Below, one piece after another: positions 11,924-25,635 of a stretch of 64,000 nt of DNA. The stretch comes from Octopus bimaculoides (taxonomy: Eukaryota). Within the stretch, counting starts at the first letter, position 1. Each line of letters starts with the position of its first letter. The notes under the pieces are model-generated. The model did not search any database. It saw only the letters and a program-made list of their open reading frames with translations, and had not been told where the DNA came from. The translations under genes and the position numbers were made by a program. The stretch is from the NCBI RefSeq assembly GCF_001194135.2, contig NC_068990.1, positions 1,024,438 to 1,088,437 of the forward strand. The letters run 5' to 3'.

Positions 11924-12413
11924 CAGTAATCACTCACTATATCGCGGTTCACCCATCGTGCCCTCAGTAGATCACAGATTTTTCTGGCTAATATATGTAA
12001 ATTTATATCATGGACTCCTCGGTATATTGTGGGTTTCTGTGGCCAGTAGGTATTTATATTTTTTAGATCTCAATTATTTCTGTGGTAAAATAAGCATTTT
12101 CACACCTAAAAATTAATAAATTAAAATGCAGCACAGTACTGCACTGTATAACACAATTAAAATATATTAAAAGAAAATAGGTAGTGTACCGTAGATGAAT
12201 AAACAAAGAATTGCGCATACTGTATGGAAATTGAAACTTGGGAGGTGAGTGTGTGGTGGTGTTTTGCATTTATAATAAAATAAATATATATAAATTTTAA
12301 AAACAACAAAAAAACATATGGTACAGTACTGTTTCTACTTCGCAGATTTTCACCTATCACGGAGGTGGGGTGAGGGCTGGAATATAACACCTGTGATAGG
12401 TGAGAGATTACTC
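11924..12413. mobile_element. Tigger/pogo-like MITE
   Basis: Imperfect TIRs: AGTAATCACTCACTATATCGCGG versus the reverse complement of the right end, AGTAATCTCTCACCTATCACAGG. Confidence 0.55.
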
Positions 12414-12794
12414 TGTGTGTGTGTGTGAGTATGTGTATAGATGTGTTGTTAGTGAAGGCACCTGGTTTTGTGTTTAGGGTATTTGGCTCATGACTAAGAT
12501 TTTGAGTTTGATACTTGGCCACATGTTGTGTCCTTGAGCAAGACCCTTTATTTCATGTTACTCCAGTCTACTCAGCTGGCAAAAGTGAGTGGTAACTGTA
12601 TTTCAAAGGGTCAGCTTTGTCACATTCTGTGTCATGCTGATAGCTACATTAAGGATACACGTGTCTGTGGAGTGTTCAGCCCCATGTACGTTAATTTCAA
12701 AAGCAGGCTGTTCAGTTAATTGGATCAACTGGAACCCTCATTATGGTAACTGATGGAGTGCCAATCTTTTCCATTTTTATAGATGCGATGTTTA

Positions 12795-13250
12795 TATATC
12801 ATCATCATCATCATCATGTAATGTCTGTTTTCCATGCTGATATGGTCTGGACAGTTTGAGATGAGCTGACCAGCTGAAGAGTTAGTCAGGCTTCCTGTCT
12901 GTTTTTGCATAGCTTCTATGGCTGGATAGTCTTCCTGATGCCAACTATTTTACAGAGTGTTTTGGGTGCTTCTACTCAGCACCAGCATGGGTGCTTTTTA
13001 CATGGCACCACCATTTACGAGCCCACAAGGTTAGGGATGCTCAGCTGGAGAGGGTTGCAGGGGATGAGCCTGTATGCAAAGAAAGCCACACTTTTATTAG
13101 CTTGACATGTCTTTTCAAGCACAGCAAACTGCCAGGAGTCTCAGTTCTCTGTCATCTGCTCTTTGAGTCCCAATGCTTGTAAATCCTTTCTCATCACTTC
13201 ATCCCATGTCTTCCTGGGTCTACCCCTTCCACATGTTCCCTCTGCAATTA
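12795..13250 (-). mobile_element. RTE-tail element
   Basis: Starts with (CAT)n then GTCTGTTTTCCATGCTG, the reverse complement of the RTE-type tail. Confidence 0.65.
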
Positions 13251-14496
13251 GAGATGTGTAAATATATAAACACAAAATCTGAGTATGGTTATTTCATGTT
13301 TATATTCCTTATAATCAATGTATCCTGTAGCCATCCACTTAAAAAAAAAAAGACAAACCTCCGGACTAAAATATTTCCAACATCAAAAACAGGTGAGTAT
13401 TGGTGGCAAGAAAGACATTCAGCCATTAAACACTGCTACAAATATGTCTCCATCCAACCCATACCAGCATGGAATGAATGAGTGGTGTATGCATTATCAT
13501 TTTACATTTGTTTTCTCCATGCTGTTATGGGCTGAACAAGTCTCTTTCTTCTGATTCTTCATCATCTGGTATGAACGGATAACAGAGAAAAATCAGTAAT
13601 CTTTATCACTGCAAAGATCACATTTTTTTTATTTTGTGTCTTTATTGCATGTCTTTTTTTTATTAATTTTTCTTTTTGCAGCTGGATTTCTAGCAGATAA
13701 AATGGTTATGAGGGGGGGGGGGCCTTCTTTCTTGGTTCAATATTTTAGAAGTAGCTATGGATTCTGAGGAGAAGAGAGTTGATCACAATAAATTTAGTTA
13801 CAGATAATACACAAAATAATTTCATTGTCACCACAAAAACTGAAGTATCTACGTTCTACTTTATTTCTCTTATCGAGAAGGAGAATCAGCCTTTAAGAAA
13901 ATATCAAGAATATATAATCAGAAAAATCTTAAAATCTACAGACAATTCATATCAGTACTCAAAAAAATAAACATATGTGTGTGGGTGTGTATTTATATAT
14001 ATATTATTGCTTTCTGTTCTTTGTCTAGACTAAAATATAAATTATATTGCTTCACAAATCTTTAACATTATCTAGCTTATCTCTTTCACACCCAGGCATA
14101 TTCCAGAAAGTAATATTGTGTATTTTCAGCAATTAAATTTTTCAGAATATAAAAGCTTGCTGCTGATATTCTTCGTTTATATTTTCTTGGCAAAAATGAA
14201 ACAGAAATAACAATAAGAAAGATAAAAGCATAAAAATAAAGAAAAAGGCCAACCACATGATATGCAGATTATTTACATCCTGATAGTGTTGTGTCTGATT
14301 AACTTGACTTTGGCATTTAAACCAGCCATGTTCAGCCCATATATTCAACCTGTTTCCTGTTCAATCCAGTCAAATCCAGCCCATCACACTTACCCTACAA
14401 TGCCATTCTAAAAATAAGTAGTCACAGCATTGAAATCTTGAAGCTAAGAGATAATGCAAGATTAATTCAAAACAATGGGAATCAATAAGTATTACT

Positions 14497-14732
14497 TTTA
14501 TCTTTTACTTATTTCAGTCATTAGACTGCAGCCATGCTGGAGCACTGCCTTGAAGAATATTTTGTTGAATGAACCAAACCTGGTACTTATTTTCTTTTTA
14601 AGTTTGGTGCTTATTCTATCCATCTCTTTTGCCAAACCACTAAGTTACGGAGATGTAAACACCAACACCAGTTGTCAAGCTGTGGTGGTGGTGGGGGACA
14701 AACACAAACATCATTATCATCGTTTAACATCT

Positions 14733-14771
<39 letters not shown>

Positions 14772-15090
14772 NNNNNNNNNNNNNNNNNNNNNNNNNNNNN
14801 NNNNNNNNNNNNNNNNNNNNNNNNNNNNNNNNNNNNNNNNNNNNNNNNNNNNNNNNNNNNNNNNNNNNNNNNNNNNNNNNNNNNNNNNNNNNNNNNNNNN
14901 NNNNNATATATATACACACACACACACACACATTCATACATATATATACAACAGAATTCTTTTAGTTTTCATCTACCAAATCCACTCACAAGGCTTTGGT
15001 CTGTCCAGTAGAAGACATTTACCCAAAGTGTCATGCAGTGAGACTGAACATGGAACCATGTGGTTGGGAAGTAAACTTCCTACCACACAA
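14497..15090 (-). mobile_element. tRNA-headed SINE, family A, with the central microsatellite spanning the gap at 14772-14905
   Basis: Reverse complement of the family A copy at 52709. The interior is (CT)n-gap-(TA)n(CA)n. Confidence 0.75.
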
Positions 15091-15714
15091 CCTCATTTAT
15101 CAGAGTAATCGGAATGTTAAAGGGTTAAACTACTTTTGTTATAACTGAATATATACTAAACTGCCTGTGACCATCTCTGGTTCTATCATACAAAATCTCT
15201 TGTTTTAATAATTCATACTGAAATTCTCTCATCGCAGTTTTATGCAAGGGTTTTCACTGAAGTTGTTATACTAAAAATGGTTTTTGGAAGCATAAGTGAT
15301 TAGGCCAAATATTTTAATTAGATACTTATAAATTGTTGATTATTTTCAAAGTTAGTTAAAACATGTTGATAGAACACTTCATTAGAAATAAGGTCACAAA
15401 AGAGTTAATAATTAAATACAAATGTTATGAAAACCTATTTTACTTTATAAATCCATACTGATTAAAAATTCTTTGTCTGAAAGCAAATTAAAATTTTTAT
15501 TTGCTTAGTTTCAGTGGAAGCTACTCATAACGATGGATAATTTCATCAACCAATTATTTTTATCGAAATAAGTGGATCCTAGACTTTGCTTTTTCTTTGT
15601 TCTAAGCCAGTCATTGTTGTCAAAAGGGTTTCATTTCAAAGTGGTCACAATAAGTGGCTTCTACCATATATCCATATGCATGCATCCATCCATCCATATG
15701 CATACTATATATAT

Positions 15715-16130
15715 TTCTTTTATGTTTTTACTTGTTTCAGTCATTTGACTGCAGCCATGCTGGAGCACTGCCTTAGAGGGTTTTAGTTGAATAAATCAAC
15801 TGGAACATTTATTTCTTAAGCCTAGTAATTATTATATCATTCTTTTTTGCCAATCTGCTAAGTTACAGGGTTGTAGACATACTAACACTGGCTGTCAAGT
15901 AGTGATAGGGTGGGGACAAACACAGATACAAAGACACATACACACACACATAGATATATACATACACACATATATATGACAGATCTCTTTCAGTTTCCTT
16001 CTACCAAATCACTCACAAGGCCTTGGTCAGCCCAAGGCTATGGAAGACAGTTTCCCAAGGTGCCACACAGTGGGACTGAACCCAGAACCATGTGGTTGGG
16101 AAGTAAGCTTCTCACCACACAGCTATGCTA
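15715..16130 (-). mobile_element. SINE family A
   Basis: Full reverse-orientation copy with a central (CA/TA)n. Confidence 0.75.
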
Positions 16131-16168
16131 TACATATTGATGACATCATTAGAATTTAGAAACTTCAG

Positions 16169-16739
16169 GAATTTAAGATGGGATGTCAATGGGAATTTCT
16201 GTATGCTGCTGATCTCATTTGTACAATCCAACCTGTATTAGAATTAGAAAAGAAGTCGCAGGTGTGGAAGCAAAACATGTAATCAAAGGACATCAAAGTT
16301 AGTGAAGCAAACACTGAAGTTTTACTAAACAGGAAAACAGGCAAGGTTTTATTTCCATCAGGGAAATGGCCTTGCTAGATATGTAATAATGAAGTAGGTA
16401 AAAATTCCATATGGTGTACCAAGTGCAAACTATCTTTCATCTTTTACTTGTTTCAGTCATTAGACTGCAGCCATGGTGGGGCACCGCCTTGAATTTTTAG
16501 TTGAATGAATTGACCCCAGGACTTACTTTTTACAAGCCTGGTACTTATTCTATTGGTGTCTTTTAGTGAACTGCTAAGTTACGGGGACACCAATACTGGT
16601 TGTCAATTGGTGTGTGAGTGTGTGTGTGGGAGAGACAAACACAGACATAAAGATACACACACACATTCTTTTATATATTTCAGCCCTGAGGCTGTGGCTA
16701 TGCTGGGGCACATATATACATACATACATCTATATATAT

Positions 16740-16782
<43 letters not shown>

Positions 16783-17480
16783 CATACACACACACAGCAG
16801 ACTTCTTTCAGTTTTCCTTCTACCAAATCCACTCACAAGGCTTTGGTCAGCTCGGGGCTATAGTAGAAGGCACTTGCCCAAGGTGCCATGTAGTAGGACT
16901 GAACCTGGAACCAAGCTTTGTACCACACAGCCACACCTGTACCTGGACACAAATGAAGTGCAGTGGAATAACTGGCGGGTTATTAGAGAAAGTAGACCTT
17001 GGATATGGCAGACACACAAGAGCAAGGAATATTAGAAGCAGACAGGAAATAGATTTCCTCAAATTCGTAGTAAGACCTCAAGAGGTAGAAGATAGCATTA
17101 ATTAGTAGAGGTGGAAGGTGTGCTGAAATTATTTTAGTAAGGGTGCAAAAGTCCAGAAAGTGATTACCTCTGTTGGTATCAAAAGGTTTTCTCTCTCAGA
17201 GTGAAAGGCAGACTGTACAATGCTTGTGTGTGAAGTGCAATGCCACATGAAGTGCAATGAGACATGGACCTTGAAAGGAGAGGATATGTGAAGACTAGAA
17301 AGACATGAAGCAAGCATGCTTGGTTATATGAGCAATATCAGTGTGCATGAATAGCGGAGCATGAACAACAGAGCGTGAACAACGGAGTGTGAACAGCAGA
17401 GCATGAACAGCAGAGCATGAATGTGTTGACAGAAAAACTGAGTATAATAGGAATCTGATGTAGTGTGCAAGAGTAGGCAT
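16169..17480 (+). mobile_element. Degenerate RTE-clade LINE ORF2 fragment (RT region), interrupted by a SINE
   Basis: EFKMGCQWEFLYAADL (YADD-like), then SGKWPC*ICNNEVGKNSIWCTKCKL. It resumes at 16944 with WTQMKCSGITG, and later LPLLVSKGFSLRVKGRLYNACV. Stops and frameshifts are present. Confidence 0.8.
16433..16943 (-). mobile_element. SINE family A inserted into the RTE fragment
   Basis: A complete reverse copy sits between ...KCKL and WT... of the RTE reading frame. Confidence 0.8.
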
Positions 17481-18305
17481 GTATGCAGTTACACAACTAA
17501 CTTGAAACAACAGCCAACTTTCCCTCAGATCACATGCTACTGTCTTAAAAAATAACATTGCGTTAGATAATATAAGCCAAGACGCTCTAGAATAAGTGGG
17601 GTGGTCACCACAGGAATGTCTTTGATCATAAGTCAGTTGTATCAAGGTAGACAGGCCTGAATTTTATTGCCAATCAGAGGGTGATCGCAGGAAACCTTTT
17701 TCCAGTTTCTGATTGGAACAAATTTACTTCACACACATTGCTAATAGCCACAAGAAAAAAAAGGCATGAACATCAGATAATCTCATTTGTTGCCCCTTTA
17801 TTTCCACTTCCCAACACTGCGAGTCTGATCAGCAGAAATTTTCCCATAACAAAATAAACAGAGAGAGAGATAATTCTAGTAAATAAAATGAAAACTAAGT
17901 TATAAAAGAAAAATTATTAAAATAAAATCTCTAAAAAAAATCAGTCTAATTATCTTAATTATTAATTGTGGATTTCACAGGATTAACTAATTACTTTACA
18001 AAACAACCAACCAACCAACATACCATCAAAACAGAACTTCCCTCCCCATCAAAACAAACAAAAAGACAACGTAATCAACAGTGTTTTGCAAAAAGATAAC
18101 AAAAAAAAAAAGAGACAAAGTGATGAGGGGCACAGAGATGTGTTATTATGAGAACGATTCAGAATATGAACACAATATGAGAGGCACACAGAGATGCATG
18201 TAGACAGGGTGAAGGTGAAGTGTTTGTGAGAAGAAAGCAGGCAGTGGAATATTTAGTAAACAGAGAAAAAAGACAAGAGATAGAAAAAGAGGAACAGAGA
18301 GAGAG

Positions 18306-18356
<51 letters not shown>

Positions 18357-18417
18357 NNNNNNNNNNNNNNNNNNNNNNNNNNNNNNNNNNNNNNNNNNNN
18401 NNNNNNNNNNNNNNNNN
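18357..18417. other. Assembly gap next to (GA)n
   Basis: N run. Confidence 0.99.
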
Positions 18418-18554
18418 TAAGCTTCTGCCATTGTTCTCTGTTTATCTTCTGGTGTTCCTCTGCATTGAAAACGCAAGAACATCTACAGCTGGTTGAGACA
18501 CACAACAACAACAACAGTTGAAACAAAAAAAGAAAGATAATTTCTTTCTTAAAC

Positions 18555-18900
18555 ATTATCTTAACAACAACAACAACACAAACAACAACTAAAATTGATA
18601 ATAATTATATGGCGATAAGAACAACAAACAATGATCTATACATTGAATGAGTTAATTAGTATTTTGCTTTGCAATATGAGGATAACAGTGATGATGATAA
18701 CGATGATGATGATGATGATAAAAACATTAACGATGATAACAATATTGATAAAAATGCTGCGCTGCTGATGATGATGATGTTGCTAATAATGATATCCACA
18801 ATACCGATGATACCAACAATATTGATGAAGATGAAGATTACCATAATGTGATGCTAATAACAACAATAACGATGATGCTGAAAATGATGTTAATGATTAA
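18555..18900. repeat. Compound (AAC/GAT/AAT)n low-complexity tract
   Basis: Degenerate trinucleotide runs. Confidence 0.8.
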
Positions 18901-19375
18901 AAAAGATTAATTAATAAATGCTGTATAAAATAATCTTGTATTTTTATTCTTGCTTAATGTTCATTTTTTCCAATTTCTTTTTTTTCCTTCTATAATCCTT
19001 TCGTGAAGGAAATTTGCTGATATTGTAAGGTTTGTTGTTTAAAGCAATAAAATATTGCAATGACAACTACAACAACATGAGATGCTTTTGTCAAATGTAG
19101 TTTATCTTATTGCTCATACTAACAACAATAATAATGATAATAATCCATTATATGAAAAGCACAAGGCCTGAAATTTGTTGGGGAGGGACTAGTTGATTAT
19201 ATCAACCTTGGTGTTTCACTGGTACTTAATCTATCAGCCCCCAAAAGGGATGAAAGGCAAAGTCATCCTCAGTGGAATTTGAACTCAGAACATGAGGACG
19301 GATGAAATACCACTAAGCATTTTGCAAGGTGTGCTAACAATTTTACCAGCTTGCCACCAATTTCTTTATTAACCA

Positions 19376-19883
19376 CAAAGGTTTCCCAGCCTATTTTCCT
19401 CCAGGCCTCCACAACAGCTTTCCAGAAAAATGCATGCCCCACCAGTGGTTGTGAAAAAGGATTTTATTTTTAATATTCTATCACAGTTATTTGATACAAA
19501 AGAATCTACCAGTAATTCTTAAGCACTGAGTACCAAAAGAAAGTACATTATTGACTAAGAAAAAAAAAGTGAATCTCTTTAATGAGAACTTTATGCCTGG
19601 TGACTATGGCAGATTTCCTTGATTTGAGGAGACAATTTTGTTGGCTTCAGCTGTAGCATTAGAGCAGCGCTGTACTGTAACAAACAGTCTTCACATGGTA
19701 TGCTTGGCTGGAGGGATTGGTTTGGCTAGGTTGAATATAGGTGTAGGATGTTTGCTGGGAAAAAAAGATTTTCACAATTCCATGTCCCACTTAAGAAAAA
19801 AAAAAAAATTTTTGATCCCATGCCCCACTACAAATTTCCCAAGCCCTACCAGTGGGGCATACGTCCCATGTTGGGAATCACTG
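19376..19883 (-). mobile_element. hAT/Charlie-like non-autonomous remnant
   Basis: The right end TGTTGGGAATCACTG resembles Charlie-type TIRs; the left end CAAAGGTTTCCCAGCC is imperfect. The minus strand reads ALMLQLKPTKLSPQIKEICHSHQA, reminiscent of a Charlie transposase C-terminus. No TSD found. Confidence 0.4.
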
Positions 19884-20166
19884 GTTCACATTAAAAAACC
19901 ATTGTGGACAGCACTGAACAAATAGGAAGGGGGGTTACACGAAAGTTATGTAAACAATGAAAAATTATTAATTATAACAACAAAATTCCCCAAAGTGGCA
20001 TCCTTCATGGAAACCCCACAAATCTACAACGGTCCTGACCACCTGGGTAAGCACCCTCTCCTCAATAACAATCCTTTCTCCTATAGAGACAAAGCTTGAA
20101 ATTTTGGGCAAGTGGGCTAGGTTGATTATATCAACCTCATGGCTTAATGACACTTTAATATCATAC

Positions 20167-20192
20167 CACAGTGCCATGCGCTGAGAGTGAAC
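20167..20192 (-). CDS. Candidate 26-nt micro-exon (xSLSAHGTV) upstream of the RhoGAP exons
   Basis: tgtttcAG ... TG|GTATGA. It ends in phase 0, compatible with the 11352 exon. There is no homology support. Confidence 0.3.
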
Positions 20193-21317
20193 CTGAAACA
20201 CCATTTCTGCACACACACTCACTCAGATAATTCTTTTGCTGATTTCAAATATCAGACCAGACTGCATGTGGTCTTGCTTTCATACAGTTTCAGTTTATTT
20301 TATTAAAACATAAATGGTTTTAAAATATTCACTACAAGAAAAAAAACAAAACAAAACAAAAAAAAATATGCTGACAAAATGTGTTGGCAACAACAACTCT
20401 AATGGCAGTGATAAAATAAAGCATTGATGTTAATGATGTGTTGGTGTATCTCAGGCAATATCGTGAGAGTATAGTAACTATTGGTGTAATAAAAAGCACC
20501 TGCTTCATGGTGTAAAGTGATGGATGAGAGGAAGAGCATCAAACTATTACAAGAACTATGCTCCTAAAAAAGGGGGAAGGAATGTGTGAGGAGAAGCAGT
20601 ATAGAAGGAGCTTATTTATTGTCTCAGAAACAAACAAATGCTGGTGACACAATAAAATCCACCTGAACCATGCTATAAAGTAGCAAATGATAATAGAAAA
20701 GGCATCATCATTGTCGTCATGGGTCTAACTTTCCCTTTTCCATGCTTGCATGAGTTGATCAGAGTTTACTGAGGCAAATTTGTTTTTACAGCCAGATGCA
20801 GTTCTCGTTGCCAAGCCTCACCCTGTTTCCAAGCAAGCTAATGTTTCCCCATGGGAAGCAGTGAGCTGGCAGAACCGTTAGCACACTGGGCGAAATACTC
20901 AGCAGTATTTTGGCTGTCACTACATTCTGAGTTCTAATTCCGCTGGGGTCGACTTTGCCTGTCATCCTTTCAGGGGTCAATGAATTAAGTACCAGTTGTG
21001 TATTGGGGTTGATCTAATCAGCTGGCCCTCTACTCTAAAATTCCAGGCCTTGTGCCTAGAGTAGAAAGGAATATTTCCCTATGGTCAGACCTGTTCATGC
21101 AGAATATTAGAAATGAATGACACTGCTTGTACAACTGTGACACACATTTACACACACAAACAGGGGGCTTCTTTCAGTTTCCATCTACCAAATCCACTCA
21201 GGTTTTGGTTGGCCTGAAGCTATGGTAGGAAACACTTATCCAGTTACTGTACAGTGGAACTGAACCTGAAATCGTGTGAATGGGAAGCAAATTTCTTACC
21301 ACACAGCCATATCTGAT

Positions 21318-21790
21318 CATCATCATCATCATCATCATTGTTTAACGTCCGCTTTCCATGCTAGCATGCGTTGGACGGTTTGACTGAGGACTGGCGAACA
21401 AGATGGCTGCCCAAGACTCCAATCTGATCTGGCAGAGTCTACAGCTGGAGGCCCTTCCTAACGCCAACCACTCAGAGAGTGTAGTGGGTGCTTTTACGTG
21501 CCACCAGCATGAGGGCCAGTCAGGCGGTACTGGCAACGGCCATGCTCAAATGGTGTTTTTTATGTGCTACCTGCACAGGAGCCAGTCCAGCGGCACTGGT
21601 AACGACCTCACTCAAATGTTTTTTCATGCGCCACCGGCACAAGTGCCAGTAAGGCGACGCTGGTAACGATCACGTTTGAATGGTGCTTTTAACATGCCAC
21701 CGGCACGGAAGCCAGTCAGCTGCTCTGGCAGCAATCGCACTCGGATGGTGCTCTTAGTGCACCATTGGCGTGATACTGATAAACAACAAG
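21318..21790 (-). mobile_element. RTE-tail element, relatively well-preserved copy
   Basis: (CAT)n then TTTAACGTCCGCTTTCCATGCTAGCATG. Several CpGs are retained. Confidence 0.75.
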
Positions 21791-22563
21791 TAACAACAAA
21801 ACTTAGTAATGAGCCAATGTGGGAGCTTCTATACACTTTCTTGACTTGCTAGGAATACCAGCTGAATCACCTTCAAATTAAACAACCAAGTGGTTCTCAG
21901 TTCACACTTCTTTTGTCTCTCACTTGCTTCAGTCCTTAGACTGTGGTCATGCTGGGGCACCACCTTGAAGAATTTTTAGTTGAATGAATCAACCCCCAAC
22001 ACTTAGTAGTTCAGTAAAAGTGATTGAAAGAATAAGTTATGGGATGTAAACATACCAACACTGGTTGTCAAGCAGTGGTAGAGGACAAACATGGATGCAA
22101 AGACACACACACACACTTTTGATGGGCTTCTTTCAGATTCTGTCTACCAAATCCACTCACAAGGCTTTGGTCAGTGTGAAGCTATATAGGAGATACTTGC
22201 TCCAAGGTGCCACCCAATGAGATGGAACTTGGAACCATGTGGTTGAGAAGTAAGCTTCTTAACACACAGTCACATAGAAAGTTTAAATTATAAAAATCCT
22301 ATGCTTTATACTTGAAAATATAATAAAATAAATGTATACAAAGTAATTTTTATGACCATTTAAAACAAGAATCAAATTGATGAAGTTATTACTTTGCAAT
22401 ACATTCTGGAAGATCTGAACATTATTGTTAGTCACTGTTGTATTTCACCTCTGGAGAACACCTCCTTTCATATGATGTGCTTTGACAACACACTCAATTC
22501 TGGGACATAGATCTACTTGAGATCAGTCTTTTTGACCTGATTATGTCACTTCAAAATAAATAA

Positions 22564-22592
<29 letters not shown>

Positions 22593-22594
<2 letters not shown>

Positions 22595-23779
22595 GCAATA
22601 CCTCCATTTACAAGGACCTGCTTTATGAAACCCCAGGTTTACAGACTTCTGACCGAGACCTTTGGAAATATGCTGTGCGTGAGAAGACCCGGCAAGCCAA
22701 GTGAGACGTAAACCCAAGGCCTCTGCCAGGGGTATAGCCAACCCACTTACGTGTACCTTCCTTCATTAGACACTAAACTCCGCTTGCGAAGGCCTGCTGA
22801 GGCAAGTGAAATCGAAACCGAACTAAATTCGACAACTGGCACCCATGCCAACGTCGTCTCCTTCATTGGACACGAAACTCGGCTTGCGAAGACCTGTTGG
22901 GGCAAGCGAAAGCGAAATCGTGATGGCACCTGTGCCCAGCGTCGCCTTCCTGGCACGTGTAAAGACATTCAAGCAAGATCGTTGCCAGTGTCGCTGGACT
23001 GGCTCTTGTGCAGGTGGCACATAAAATACACCATTTTGAGCGTAGCCATTGCCAGTACCGTCTGACTGGCCTTCATATCAGTGGCACGTAAAAGCACCCA
23101 CTACACTCTCGGAGTGGTTGGCATTAGGAAGCGCACCCAGCTGTGGAAACTCTGCCAAATCAAATTGGAGGCTGGTGTAGCCATCTGGTTCACCAGTCCT
23201 CGGTCAAATCGTCCAATCCATGCTAGCATGGAAAGCGGACATTAAACGATGATGATGATGATTTTATGATAAATATAAAAAGGTTAAAGCACAAGATCCA
23301 AATTTTGAATGATGTGTAAATATTTCTACATCCATAACAAATGCTTTTGCATGTTACCAAGAAATTTATAGAGAGCGGAAAAAAAGCTTCTTCTAAGCAA
23401 ACAAATCTAGACTTGCTTTTTAAAAAGAAATCGACAGATCCGTCAATGAGTCCTTGTGAATTGATGATCATGTCTACAAGTGATGGTATGCACGAGTCTA
23501 GTGTGAGTGAAAGTGATTCAGAAAACAATCATAGCAATATTTTTATTATAAATGATCTTGACATTCTTTTTACTTTATATAAAATATTCTTCACATTCTA
23601 CTGTTGTTTTATTGCCATTTATTTATGAGTATTATAAATTTTATCGATAAAATATTTTTCTGGGAATGAACTACGATTTATAACATTGCTACCATGGAAA
23701 ATTATTGCTCTGCTTTGTGAGTATTTACATTACGAGTGGTCTCTGGGAACAAATTAACTTGTATATCGAGGCATTATTG
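22593..23779 (+). mobile_element. Tigger/pogo-like DNA transposon remnant carrying a nested RTE 3' end
   Basis: TIR 22593-22614 matches 23758-23779 at 17 of 22 positions. 23283-23430 reads VKAQDPNFE*CVNISTSITNAFACYQEIYRERKK/ASSKQTNLDLLFKKK, like Tigger transposase C-termini. Confidence 0.7.
22645..23262 (+). mobile_element. RTE LINE 3' end: ORF2 terminus plus modular 3' UTR
   Basis: TSDRDLWKYAVREKTRQAK* at 22645-22704, then repeated modules, the shared tail and (GAT)5. Confidence 0.75.
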
Positions 23780-25635
23780 TACGTATATACAGAGAGAGAG
23801 AGAGAGAGGCATAACGGTGTTAAGAAAATTTACTTTTAAACCATATTGTTGTGTGTTCAGTCCCACTGCATGTTGAAGTGTGGGATGATTAGTACCTTGT
23901 GAGTGGAATATGCTACATTGAAACTAAGCAGAAGCCCATTATCATTATACCTGCATGTGTAAGTGTGTGTATGTGTGTGTGTGTGTGGGGGGGATTCGTT
24001 TATCCCAGGTTAAAATCTAGTGTTCTTTGCTAATGTTTTTGTCTCTTCGTGTTCTAGAAAATAATAGAATAAGTTCCACATTGAAATAAGTACTGGGATT
24101 ACAATCCTTACCGCAAATCCTTGCAAGCAGTACTCCAGTAATGGCTGCAGACCAAATGAGTGAAACCAATGCAAAATATATATTTGCACATAGCACATGC
24201 ACTGTGCACCTGTGAGTCTATTTCTGCAATGCTTCGTCTCTTTCTAATTCTAAACTGAATAACCATCTTGTCATTATGAATGGCAGTGAGCATGCATAGA
24301 AAACCATTTTGTAAGGAAATATTTCGATAGCTTTTATTGATGGTTGATACTCCTCACATAAACTACTTCCTTTTCTCTCACCATCTTCCAGTCCTTTTCC
24401 TTCCATTCACATATACATCAAACTCAGACATGAAGACACCACCATTTTTTTATAATGGTGTTTCATGGCAGCTGGCTTTTTGCATTTTTTTTTTTTTTTT
24501 TTTTTTTTTTTTGTTTTTACACACTAGGAAAGTTAGAAATTTAAATTAAAAATAGTAAATAAAAAATAAAGAATCACAAAAGCAAAGAAATTTACACATA
24601 AGATTTTTAAAAAAATCCAAATAAATGTCAACAATTGGTTAAGCACATTAAATCAGAACTTGCTAATTTGCTTACTCTATTTTTACTTCGAGGAAATTCT
24701 TCGAATAAATGCTATTATTTGTTTTTATATTTTTTCCTTTAAAACTAAAAAGTATTTTTTCCTGTAATGTGTGTATATATATTAATATTAATGTTCATGC
24801 TCCATGCCTCTCCATTTTTTTCCCTAATGAAATGTGAGTTGCTGAAATTTTGAAATAAACACATATACACATACACATATATATACATATATATATGTAT
24901 ACACACACACATATATATATATATAGAGAGAGAGAGAGAAAGAGGCATGTATGCACATATGTGTGCATGTGTTTTGTAAACTTTTAGAAGATTTTACTAA
25001 GTGAATGGAAAACTTAAATATTTAATCTTTGTCTGGGAAAATATAATCTGCACAGATTCAAAGAAATTATTATTATTATTATTGTTAATAATAATAATAA
25101 TAATAATAATATTTCTTCAAACTGCTAACCTAACAATGACTAACCTTTGCAGATTAAAAGATCAGCTTTTCCATAAAAAAAAAAAAAAACAGAAATATAA
25201 ATGAAATAGGAAAAAAAGTCCATTACACACACACACACACACACATTTCTTTCTTGTATGCATCTGGTAAAAAGTTTTCATCTGAAATTCTTGTGGTGAA
25301 ACAAATATTGAATCACGTGGCTGAAATCAGTGAGCAGGTCACAGAAAATTTAATGAAAAGAAAGTGATACACGGAATAAAATAATTAAACAGATACAAAA
25401 ATTAATAATGTTTAAAAATAATTAGATTGTGGATATAACTATTTATAAAAATGAATCTTCTTAAAAACAACTAATGTCTATCATCATCATTATCTTTTAA
25501 TGTTCTCTTTTCTGTGCTTGCATGGGCAAGATGGAATTTGTTGAAGCGAATTTTTTTTATGATTGTTTCCAGGCAAGGTAAACATTTCTCCATGACCAGA
25601 TGTATTTCTCATGGAAAAATGAAAATGAACAACAT

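Noticed and set aside
18418-18460. Minus-strand exon-like segment (GTPEDKQRTMAEA or EEHQKINREQWQKL) running into a gap
   Set aside because: No donor is visible, the frame is ambiguous, and there is no convincing homology.
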